From the NCBI GenBank assembly GCA_964344575.1, contig CAYFOA010000005.1:15105-79104 (forward strand): a stretch of 64,000 nucleotides of DNA, in the 5' to 3' direction. The position numbers and the translations under genes are program-made. This document shows positions 1 through 9,100 of the stretch, one piece after another; the first letter of the stretch is position 1, and the number at the start of each line of letters is the position of its first letter. The notes beneath the pieces are model-generated. The model worked only from the letters and a program-made list of their open reading frames with translations, searched no databases and had not been told where the DNA came from. This stretch comes from an uncultured Rickettsiales bacterium. GTDB taxonomy: Bacteria; Myxococcota_A; UBA796; UBA9615.

Positions 1-451
1 TCCGGAGCCCCCGGATCGCCGTGTCGTAGCTCCCCTGGCGCTGGACCACGCGGTCGTGCTCGTCGCGGTCGCCGTGGATCGAGCAGATGACGAGGTCGAG
101 CTTGCTCAGCTCGTCGATCCGGGACTCGACGAACGTCCCGTTGGTCACCATCGTCGTGTCGAGCCCGAGCCGGTTCGCGTGGGCGATCCACAGCCCCAGG
201 TCCTTGATCAGGGTCGGCTCGCCCCCGTTGAAGACCCACCACCGCGTCCCCATCCGCGCGAACGCGTCCATCATGGGGAGCACCTGCTCCGTCTTCATGT
301 GGCCCGAGGGGACGTGGATGCGGGTGCAGAAGCCGCACTCGACGTTGCACCGGTAGGTCACGAGGTGCGTGACCTTCAGGGGGGTCGACAGGCCCACGCG
401 GGCGCGCGCGAGCGACGCGGCGATCTGCAAGGGCTTGTTCGGGAGACGCAT
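1..451 (-). CDS. Radical SAM domain protein, N-terminal part only. The gene continues past the window start.
   Basis: The reverse-strand translation begins MRLPNKPLQ and contains TYRCNVECGFC, the CxxxCxxC radical SAM cluster motif, followed by a GGEPTL-like motif. It is absent from the ORF track because it has no stop inside the window. The start near 451 is hand-derived. Confidence 0.6.
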   Translation of the reverse strand, partial: MRLPNKPLQIAASLARARVGLSTPLKVTHLVTYRCNVECGFCTRIHVPSGHMKTEQVLPMMDAFARMGTRWWVFNGGEPTLIKDLGLWIAHANRLGLDTTMVTNGTFVESRIDELSKLDLVICSIHGDRDEHDRVVQRQGSYDTAIRGLR

Positions 452-494
452 CGGCGTGCCACCTTAGCGCAGGGGAGGCTGCTAGCTTCGGGCC

Positions 495-1253
495 GTGTTG
501 CGCCGCCTGACGTGGGACCAGTGGAGGGCGCTGGAGGACGAGTTCGCCGCGCTGGATCCGCCGACGGAGCGGGAGCGCGCCGACGTCGTCGGGCTCTACC
601 TCGTCGCCTGCCTCGCGCTGTGGGCCTCCCAGGACCTCCACAAGCCGCTCTGGTACGCGATCAAGGGGGCGTCCTGGATCCCCGGCGAGCACCGCAGCCT
701 CGCCCGCCACCTCGTCTGGTGCTGGTGGGTCATCGCCTGCTACTCGGTCCCCGCGTGGGCGTACGGCCGGTACGTCCTGGGGATGTCCCTCCGCGACCTC
801 GGGTGGCGGACGGACGGCCTGCTGAAGCACGCCTGGATCTACGTCGCGGGGTTCGCGATCGTCCTGCCGCTCGTGTTCGTCGTCGCTCCGACGCCGGGCT
901 TCCAGGAGACCTACCCCTTCTACCGCGGGGCCGGGAGGGACCTCGGCCCGACGCTGCTGTGGGAGGCCTCGTACGCGGCCCAGTTCGCCGCGCTGGAGTT
1001 CTTCTTCCGGGGGTTCCTCCTCTTCGGGGCGTTCCGCGTGGTCGGCCCGTGGGCGATCTTCGCGATGATGCTCCCCTACCTCGCCATCCACTTCCCCAAG
1101 CCGCCCCTGGAGGCGCTCGCGTCCATCGTCGCGGGGGCGGCGCTGGGGCTGGTGGCGCTGAGGACGAAGTCGATCGTGTTCGGCGTCGTCATCCACGTGG
1201 GCGTGGCGTGGACGATGGACGCGCTGGCCGTCTGGCACCGGGGCGCCGCGTGA
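495..1253 (+). CDS. CPBP family intramembrane metalloprotease (CAAX protease / Abi-like)
   Basis: Polytopic membrane protein with the EExxxR motif (ALEFFFRGFLLFG) and downstream FxxxH / HVGVAW motifs typical of the CPBP/Abi family. Confidence 0.75.
   Translation: MLRRLTWDQWRALEDEFAALDPPTERERADVVGLYLVACLALWASQDLHKPLWYAIKGASWIPGEHRSLARHLVWCWWVIACYSVPAWAYGRYVLGMSLRDLGWRTDGLLKHAWIYVAGFAIVLPLVFVVAPTPGFQETYPFYRGAGRDLGPTLLWEASYAAQFAALEFFFRGFLLFGAFRVVGPWAIFAMMLPYLAIHFPKPPLEALASIVAGAALGLVALRTKSIVFGVVIHVGVAWTMDALAVWHRGAA
1201..1240 (+). repeat. 3' end of the CPBP gene, copy A of a long-range direct repeat
   Basis: The sequence gcgtggcgtggacgatggacgcgctggccgtctggcaccg has a 27-nt exact core that recurs at 16107..16146. 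Confidence 0.7.
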
Positions 1254-1271
1254 GGGGGAGCCCCCGAGTCT

Positions 1272-2006
1272 ATGATCTTCGCGTTGGACACCACCCGCAG
1301 AGCGTGGGACCGGCGCCGCGCGGAGCGGGCGGTCTACCGTTGGAGCCTCGGGCTCGCCGCCGGGATCGGGCTCGCCGCCGCCGCCCTCCCCGGTGAGCTC
1401 GGCGCCATCGTCGCCCGCCGCGGGTACGGGTTCTTCGCCTTCTGGTACCTGACCGTCATCCTGCTCAGCACCCCGTGGGCGCGCTTCCACCGGGGGCGGG
1501 CCGTCGCCCGCGTCATCGCCGTGCGCGAGGCCCTGGGCAACGCCACCACCTTCCACGTCGCCGGCCACGTCCTCGCCATGGGTCTCATGGAGCCGCGGTA
1601 CCTCGTCGACTACCGGAACCCCGAGGACCTGCCCGGGATCGTCAGCTCGACGATCGTGGCGATCCTCGCGATCACCTCGCTCCCGGGCGTCCGGCGGCGG
1701 ATCCCCGGGGTCGCGTGGAAGCGCCTCCACCGGTGGGTCTACGTGGCCTGGGCGCTGATCGTGCTGGTCGTGGTCATGAGCCGGCCGTACACCGCGATCC
1801 CGCACATCGGGATCGTGCTCGTCGTGATCGGGTACCGCGTGGCGCTGTGGCGCGACCGGCGGCGAAAGGGGCACCGCATCGCGGCCGCGGACCTCGCAAA
1901 CTACGCCGCGATGACGGCGACCTTCGCGACCGTGATCGTGCTGACGATGCCCGAGGCGATGAAGGACGGGCTCGGGATCGGCCTCTTCGCGGGGATCGGG
2001 TCGTGA
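1272..2006 (+). CDS. Integral membrane protein, possibly a ferric-reductase-like (MsrQ/YedZ-type) b-heme domain
   Basis: Six predicted TM segments with conserved His residues in TM helices (FHVAGHVLAMGL, RLHRWVYVAW, AIPHIGIV). The family assignment is tentative. Confidence 0.55.
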   Translation: MIFALDTTRRAWDRRRAERAVYRWSLGLAAGIGLAAAALPGELGAIVARRGYGFFAFWYLTVILLSTPWARFHRGRAVARVIAVREALGNATTFHVAGHVLAMGLMEPRYLVDYRNPEDLPGIVSSTIVAILAITSLPGVRRRIPGVAWKRLHRWVYVAWALIVLVVVMSRPYTAIPHIGIVLVVIGYRVALWRDRRRKGHRIAAADLANYAAMTATFATVIVLTMPEAMKDGLGIGLFAGIGS

Positions 2007-3688
2007 GCGCAGCGACGGAGCCGCCGCCGCGCGGGTGGCGCGTCGTGCGGGCGGCGGGCGCCGTCGTCCTGGTCTGGATCGCGCTGGACCTTGTCTTCGG
2101 GGTCGCCCTTCCCGGCGCCGCGACCCTGGAGCAGCTCGCGTTCGCGGCCGTCGTCGAGCTTCCGGTCTACGTCATCTTCGGCGGCCCCCTGGTGTGGACG
2201 GGGGGCGCCGCCGCGATCGTCGCTGCGATCACGCTGCGGAGCCGCTTCCCCGGCCCTGCGGAGTTCCTCGGGGAAGCGTTCCAGGCCGCCGCGTGGGCGG
2301 TGGTCGGAACGGCCGGGATCGTCGGCGTGCTGAAGCTCCCGGTCCTGACGCTGCCGCTGGTGGCGGTGGCCGCGGGGAGCGCGTTCGTGCACGCGCGCGC
2401 CGCCCCCGATCGACCGACCGGACGCGCTCGCACCGCGGCGGCCGTCGCCCTGGTCGCGGTCGTGGGCGGGGCCGCCGTCGTGCAGCTCCACGCGCTCGTC
2501 TGGTCGGACGAGCTGTGGCGGTCGATCGTGGCCGCGATCGACGACGGCGCCGCCCCCGCGCGCGTCGCCCTGGTCGGCTCCGTCGTCGCCGCGGCGGGGC
2601 TCGTCGCCACGCTCCTGCCGATCCCGTTGGAGCGCCTCACGACGGACCGCGCCATCCCCCGCTGGCTGCCCCGATTCGCCCTCGGTCTCTTCCTCGCCGG
2701 CGCCCTCGGTCACGAGCGCGCGCTGGCGGGTCCGTACTTCTCGCTGTGGGGGATCGACGTGCCGGAGGCGCTGCACCGGCTCGACCGCGACCCGCGCCGC
2801 GTGCACCCCGAGGCGTTTCGGCTCGCGGCCACCGACGACGGCTCCACGCTGCTCGTCGTCTACCGCCAGAGCACCCGCCTCGCCCTCTACTCGAGCCGGG
2901 GCGGCGGCGGCCGCGGGATCCCGCTCGCCCTCCCCGACGAGGGCACGCTGGAGAACGTCGTCTGGGACGGCGCGCGGGATCGCTTCCTCGTCAGCTTCGA
3001 GCATGACGACCCGACGGCCCCGGACGCGCTCCTCGTCGTCCCCCGCGCGGGCACCCCGATCGGGCGACTGGAGGTCCCCGACCACGGCTGGATCGCCTCG
3101 CTGACCATCGACGGCGACGACCTCCTCATCGGCTACGAGGCGCGGCCGACGCTGCTCCGCTGGGATCTCGCGACGGACCGCCCCCGCGAGCCCCTCCGCC
3201 TCCCCCGCCTCGGAGACGTGGAGGACGCCGTCGCGGTCGGGGGGAGGCTCTACACCGTGCCCCTGCACCACCCCTGGGGGCTGCACCTGAGCGAGGTCGA
3301 CGTCGACGCCGGCGCCATCACCCGGCAGCTCCGCATCGGGGGCGCGAACCAGCAGCTCGTCGCGGCCGGAGACCGCCTCCTCACGGGCCGCTACTACGCC
3401 TCCCGGGTGACGGTCATCGACCGCGTCGCCTGGCGCGTCGAGCGCTCCCTCCGGGCGGGCTTCGGGGTGCGCGCGATCGGCGTCGACGTCGGGCGCGGCC
3501 TCGTCGTCACCGGCGGGCAGTACGCGGGGGAGCTGCGCGTGCACGACCTCGCGGACGGCCGCGAGCTCGCCCGCGTCCCCAGCTGCGGCTACGTCAAGGA
3601 CCTCGTCGTCGTCCGCGGCGCCGCCTTCTTCGCTTCCCTGTGCGGGGTCTGGCGCCTCGACCTCGACGCCCTCGAGCAGGCCCCGTGA
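2003..3688 (+). CDS. Membrane-anchored hypothetical protein with a C-terminal beta-propeller-like domain
   Basis: The GTG at 2003 overlaps the upstream stop (GTGA). The N-terminal 200 aa are hydrophobic and the C-terminal ~350 aa are repeat-like and soluble. It shares a frame with track ORF 1475..3688. Confidence 0.55.
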   Translation: MSAATEPPPRGWRVVRAAGAVVLVWIALDLVFGVALPGAATLEQLAFAAVVELPVYVIFGGPLVWTGGAAAIVAAITLRSRFPGPAEFLGEAFQAAAWAVVGTAGIVGVLKLPVLTLPLVAVAAGSAFVHARAAPDRPTGRARTAAAVALVAVVGGAAVVQLHALVWSDELWRSIVAAIDDGAAPARVALVGSVVAAAGLVATLLPIPLERLTTDRAIPRWLPRFALGLFLAGALGHERALAGPYFSLWGIDVPEALHRLDRDPRRVHPEAFRLAATDDGSTLLVVYRQSTRLALYSSRGGGGRGIPLALPDEGTLENVVWDGARDRFLVSFEHDDPTAPDALLVVPRAGTPIGRLEVPDHGWIASLTIDGDDLLIGYEARPTLLRWDLATDRPREPLRLPRLGDVEDAVAVGGRLYTVPLHHPWGLHLSEVDVDAGAITRQLRIGGANQQLVAAGDRLLTGRYYASRVTVIDRVAWRVERSLRAGFGVRAIGVDVGRGLVVTGGQYAGELRVHDLADGRELARVPSCGYVKDLVVVRGAAFFASLCGVWRLDLDALEQAP

Positions 3689-6096
3689 TCGTGCTCCAGA
3701 CGGCCGCCATCGTCGCGGTGGGGGTGTTCGTCTTCGGCCTCCCCGGCGCGCTCCTGGGCCGGCTCCTCGTGCCCCGCGCCGCCCCTCACGAGCGCCTCGT
3801 GCTCACGGGCGCGGCCGGCTTCTCCGTGCTGCCGCTGGGGCTCTACCTCGTCGCCACCTTCGCCGACCGGCCCATCACGCCGGGGTTCGTGCTCGTGGCC
3901 GCGGCCGCGGCGAACGCCTCGCTCGGGGCGGTCCTCCTCCGCCGGGGCGGGGACGTCGAGCGACCGGACACCAGGGCGCTCGCCGCCACCGCCGCGATGC
4001 TCGTCGCGTTCGGCGTGCTGCTCGCGGGCAGCGTGCAGCCGATCGGCGGCGTCGACGTCTTCGCGACCATCCACCACTGCATGTACGTGATGGTCCTGTA
4101 CGCCATCGGGAACGACCCGAGCGTCGGGATCCCCCTGTACGACGGCGTCGATCGCACCGTGCTGAGCCTCCTCGCCCACCACCCCCACGAGCCGCTGGGC
4201 GGCCTCGGCGGGCTCTTCGGCGAGCAGCGGCCCGGCAACGTCGCCCTGCTCGCGCCTCACGTCAGCCTCTTCGGCACGGTCGGCTGGCTGACGGCGCCCG
4301 TGCTCGCGTCGACCGTCGGCGCGGCGGCCTGCTACGCGGCGGCGCGGGAGCTGGGCGCGCGACCGGCGGTGGCGGCGGTCTGCGTCGGGGCCGGCATGCT
4401 CGGCGTGCACTCGTTCCTCGGCTACGTCATCAACGAGAACCTCTTCGGCTTCGCGCTCCTCGCCGTGTTGACGTGGCTGCTCGTCCGGCGCGACCTGTCC
4501 CCGGGGATGCTCGTGCTGGCGGGGTTGCTGATGGCCCACGTCGTCGGCGTGCGCTACACGGCGTGCCTGTTCTGGCCGGCGCTGGCGTGGCGGTTCGCGA
4601 CGGTCGAAGCGGTCGGCCGGCCGGCCCGGCGCGCCGCGCTGTGGGCGGTGCCTGCGGGGGTGCTGTCGGTGCCCTGGCTCGCCCTCAACGTCGGCCTCCT
4701 CGGCACCCCCTTCGCGCACCCCGCCGGCGCGCTCGATCTCGACGCTTCCGTGGTCGAGAACCTGCTCCCGGGGACCGACGCCGTCTTCCGCTTCAAGGCG
4801 CTGAACTACCCGTTCGCCGAGGCGCTGGTGCGCGCGCCCTGGAACCCGTTCCCCAACGCGCTGATGGTGCCCCTCCGCACGGCCCAGGAGCTCGGCGCGC
4901 CGCTGCTGGCGCTGGGGCTGGGCGGGCTCGTCCTCCACGCGGCCGGGGATCGGCGGCGGGCGCTCGCGCTGCTGGCCTTCGCGGCGCCCCACCTGCTCGC
5001 GATCGCGTGGCTGGAGAACCTGAACCGGGCCCAGCTGACGTACGTCGTGCTCGGGCTGGCCCCGCTCCTCGCGTGGGCCGCGGGGGGCGCGGAGGCGGCG
5101 GTCGCGCGGCCGCGGGATCGGGCGACGTGGGCCGCGCTGGGGGGCGCCGCTGTCCTCGTCGTGGGGGGCGGGTTCGTCGCGCGGGCGGTCGACGTCCCCC
5201 CGGACGAGCGCCTGGCCGGGGACGGCGCCGCGATCGGCCCCGACCCGGGGCTCGCCCGCGAGCTCACGACCCCGCGGCTGCTGCCCGCCCTCGCGCCCCT
5301 CCGGACGGACCGGCTCGCCGCGACGGCGGCGGCGATCCGCCACCACCGCTGGCGGCGCGGGGACGGCCGCTACCGCTCGGGCGAGGTCGCGATCACGGTG
5401 CCGGTGGGGCGCGCCGAGCCGACGACGTGGAGCTTCACCCTCACCGGTCGCCCCCACCGCCGCGAAGGCGATCCGGTCCGCACCTCCCAGGGGCTCCAGA
5501 CGGTGACGCTGGCGCTGCCGGTCGCCGAGGTGGAGGTGCGCGTGCGCGGCGCCCGGGGGGAGTACGAGGTCGCGGTCGATCCCGTCGGCCCCGAAGGGGA
5601 GGTCCACGACTTCACGTTCTTCGTCCACGGCTGGTCGCAGCCCACCCACGCGGTGGCGGTCCGCTGGAAGGGGCTGCCCCTGCCGGACGTGCGCTTCGAG
5701 CAGACGGAGTCCGAGCACGAGTGGCGCACGGGCGTCACCACCAACGTGCCCCCGCGCCTGCTCGGCCTCGTGGACGTGCCGTTCACGGTCGACCTGGGCG
5801 GGCTGGAGGCGGACTGCGGCTACTTCACCTTCGTGGGGCGGGGCGGGGGAGGGCACCGACACCCCTGGACGGGGGCCCGGTCGGGCACGATCCCGCTCCC
5901 GCCGGCCCTGCGGACGGACCGCGTCGTGTTCCTCCCCGACCCCTACTGCCGCCCGGGCCCGCCCCAGCCGGGCGCGCGCTACGCCGAGGCGGCCGGCCCC
6001 TTCGGTCCGGGACGCCCGATCCGCCTCCGCGTCGATCGCGCCTTCGGGCTGCGAGGGGGCGGCTGGCTCGAGTTCCACGACCCCCCGGGCCGGTAG
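3640..6096 (+). CDS. Polytopic membrane protein with a C-terminal soluble domain, possibly a GT-C-type glycosyltransferase
   Basis: About 11 TM helices followed by a ~300 aa non-membrane domain. An alternative start is the GTG at 3685, which overlaps the upstream stop as GTGA. Confidence 0.6.
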   Translation: MRGLAPRPRRPRAGPVIVLQTAAIVAVGVFVFGLPGALLGRLLVPRAAPHERLVLTGAAGFSVLPLGLYLVATFADRPITPGFVLVAAAAANASLGAVLLRRGGDVERPDTRALAATAAMLVAFGVLLAGSVQPIGGVDVFATIHHCMYVMVLYAIGNDPSVGIPLYDGVDRTVLSLLAHHPHEPLGGLGGLFGEQRPGNVALLAPHVSLFGTVGWLTAPVLASTVGAAACYAAARELGARPAVAAVCVGAGMLGVHSFLGYVINENLFGFALLAVLTWLLVRRDLSPGMLVLAGLLMAHVVGVRYTACLFWPALAWRFATVEAVGRPARRAALWAVPAGVLSVPWLALNVGLLGTPFAHPAGALDLDASVVENLLPGTDAVFRFKALNYPFAEALVRAPWNPFPNALMVPLRTAQELGAPLLALGLGGLVLHAAGDRRRALALLAFAAPHLLAIAWLENLNRAQLTYVVLGLAPLLAWAAGGAEAAVARPRDRATWAALGGAAVLVVGGGFVARAVDVPPDERLAGDGAAIGPDPGLARELTTPRLLPALAPLRTDRLAATAAAIRHHRWRRGDGRYRSGEVAITVPVGRAEPTTWSFTLTGRPHRREGDPVRTSQGLQTVTLALPVAEVEVRVRGARGEYEVAVDPVGPEGEVHDFTFFVHGWSQPTHAVAVRWKGLPLPDVRFEQTESEHEWRTGVTTNVPPRLLGLVDVPFTVDLGGLEADCGYFTFVGRGGGGHRHPWTGARSGTIPLPPALRTDRVVFLPDPYCRPGPPQPGARYAEAAGPFGPGRPIRLRVDRAFGLRGGGWLEFHDPPGR

Positions 6097-6106
6097 AATC
6101 GACGCG

Positions 6107-9100
6107 GTGCGGAGCGCCCCTCTCGCCGTCGCGCTGCTCGGCACCCTGGCGGTGGCGGCGCCGATGCTGTTCGGGCAGGGCGTCGACGCGGCCGATGACC
6201 TCGTCTACCACGGCACCCTGCCGTGGGAGTGGCTGCGGACGGCGTGGCGCACGGGGCAGTCGCCCTGGTATGCGCCCGGCGTCGTCGGCGGCGCGCCGCT
6301 GCTCTCGGACGCCGTCTACATGGCGCCCTTCTACCCGGCGTCGTGGCTCGTCCTCGTGCTCCCCGTGCACGTCGCCTACCCCCTCGTGTGCGTGCTCCAC
6401 GCGCTCGGCGCCGCGCTCGCCACCTGGTGGCTGGCGCGCCGCCTGGGCGCCTCCCCCGGGAGCGCCGCGCTGGCGGGGGCCGCGATCGGGATGGGGCCGC
6501 TGGGGGCGACCGGCATCGTCGACGGGCGGCCGATGCAGTGGGCGATCGTCGTCTGGCTCCCGGTCGCGTTCGGCTGCCTCGAGGCGCTGAAGTCGGCCGA
6601 GGGGCGGGCTCGCTGGCGCTGGGTCGGGGGCGCCGGCATCGCCATCGCCCTGGTCCTGCTGGGGGCCCACCTCCGCCTCGCCGCTGCCGCCGGGGCGGTC
6701 CTCGTGCTGCGGGTGCTCCTCGGGGGGCTGCCCCGCGGGCCGGCCTCCGTCGCGGTGGCGCTCGGGCTCCTCGGCGGCGCGCCGGCGGTGCTGCCGCTGC
6801 TGCTGGAGTGGCGCGAGGCGTCGGCCGGGGGAACCGCGGCCGGCTCCCTGCTCGCGGCGATGGCCGGCCCGGCCTTCGGGGGCATCCACCCGGACAACGT
6901 GCCGGGGCTCCTGGCGCCGACGCCGCGGGCCATGCGACCGGACTACAGCGTCGGCCTCGTGCTGGGGGCGGCCCTGATCCTGACCGCCGGCCGCGGACGC
7001 CTGGCGTGGCGCAGCGCGGGCGGGCGGCTGGTCGCGCTCTGGGGGATCGTCGCGACCGCGGTGTTCCTCGCCTCGTTCCCCGGCGTCCGCTACCTGACCG
7101 CGCCGCTGCTGCTCATCACCCACCCGGTCAACGACATGTACCTGGGCGCGGTCCTGCCCGTCGTCGCCGCGACGGGCGCGCTGGCCCTGGACGAGGCGAC
7201 GGCGCGGTTCGGCGAGCGGCCGCGAAGCCTGGGACGTCGCGGGCTCGTCGTCGCCGTGCTCGTGGTGGGCGCGGTCCTGGTCGCGGCGCTCCCTTCGGAC
7301 CAGATCACGGACGCGTGGACCCGCGGGCTCTACCTGCTCGGGGCCGGCCGGGCGGTCGCGATCGCCGTCGCCGCGTGGCGCATGCCCGCGCGGACGTGGG
7401 TGCCGCTGGGGATGGCGGACGTCGCGCTCTACGCCCTCGCCCTGCACGTCGCGGTGCCGTCGACGCCGCTTCGGCTGGACCGGCCGGCGGCGCAGGAGTA
7501 CGCCGAGCTGCGTGACGGCTACGCCGACTTCATCGACCTCGCCAACATGGAGCCGACCCGGTACTCGGGTGAGGGCCGCGGCTTCGTGTTCGACGGAGAG
7601 TTCCCCCCCTACCGCCTGTTCGTCGAGCAGACGCAGGAGCTGCTGGACGGCCGGAGCGTGCCCCTCGGCTACGCCGCCGCCCACGGCGTCCGCGCGCTCG
7701 CCGGCGAGCACAAGCTGACGTCGGTCCGGCAGAGCGTCGCGTTGGAGCCCCTGCTCGCCCGCATGCCGCGGGACGGACCACCGACGGACGCGGACGTCGA
7801 CGTCATCCTCGCCGTGCCGGAGGCCGCCCGGGTGATCGCGCTGCACGGGATCGGCATGGCGGTCGGACCGCGCCGGGGGGTGCGCGTGCCCGGTCCCATC
7901 GCGCCGCCCTGCTACTCGCCCGATCGGTTCGTCGTGGAGCCCGATCCGGCGGCCCGGATGCGGGCGCTGCTCGCGGCCCCCTTCGACCCGCGCCGCGCCT
8001 GGCTCGAGGCGCCGCTCCCCGCTGACGTCTCGACGGCCGCGGAGGTCACCTGCCCGTCGTCGCGGGCGGTCGCCGCCAACGCCGCCGACGGTCCCGCCCT
8101 GATCGTCTTCGGGGAGCGCTGGCACCCGGGCTGGCGGGTCCTCGACGAGGACGGGACGGAGCGCCGGCCGATGCCGGTCAACCAGATCCACCTCGGGGTC
8201 GTGGTGGAGCCGGGGCAGCACCGCCTCACGCTCGACTTCGTGCAGCCCGGCCTCGCCGCGGCGGGAGCCTGCGCCCTCGGCGCGTGGTTCCTGCTGCTCG
8301 GGCTCGTCGCGCCGTCCCTCCGGGAGACCGCCGCCGCCGCCCCGCCGCCCCCCGAAGCGCGGGGCTGGCCGACCGCCGCGGCGGTCGCGCTGTCCGCCGC
8401 CGTCGCGCTCCCCCTGGCGGTCGGCCGGGGCGTCGACCTGCCCGACGACGCGCTCTTCCACGTCGTCCCCCTCTTCGAGTGGCTCCGCACCGCGCTGCTG
8501 GAGGGTCGCTCGCCGTGGTTCGTGCCCGGCAAGCTCGGCGGCACGAGCCTGTTCGCCGACGCCTCCATCCACCCGCTGTACCCCGGCGTCTGGGGGGTGC
8601 TCGCGCTCGACGCGCACCACGCGCTCGTCGCGTCGATGGTCCTGCACGCCGTCGGCACCGTCTTCGCGGTCCGCTGGATGGCGCGCTCCTTCGGCGCCTC
8701 GGCCACCTCGGCCACGCTCGCGGGCGCCGGGGTCGCCGCGGGCACGATCGGGTGCCTGAGCGCGATCGACGTGATGGTCGACACGTGGCCCGTCTTCCTC
8801 TGGTTCCCGGTGGCTCTGGGCGCGCTGGAGCGCCTCCGCCTCGCGCCGGCGGACGACGCGGCCGCCGCGCGGCGCTGGACGGCGGTCGCGGGAGCGGCCG
8901 TGGCGCTGATGCTGCTGGGCAGCCACCTCCGGTACGGCGCCGCGGCGGGAGCCGCGCTCGGGGTGTGGGCGCTCTGGCGTCCGGGCCGCCGGGCGTGGGC
9001 TCTGGGCGCGCTCGCGATCGGCCTCGCGGGGGGCGCCGTCGCCCTCGTGCCCTCGCTCCTGGAGTGGCAGCACGCCGCGTCGGACACGGCCCGAGCGGCC

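Noticed and set aside
56-1396. 446-aa Arg/Pro/Gly-rich ORF on the + strand overlapping the radical SAM and CPBP genes
   Set aside because: Its composition (RP/RG runs) and lack of hydrophobic periodicity are typical of out-of-frame or antisense shadow ORFs in 70%+ GC DNA. The real genes here are the minus-strand radical SAM gene and the plus-strand CPBP gene in other frames.
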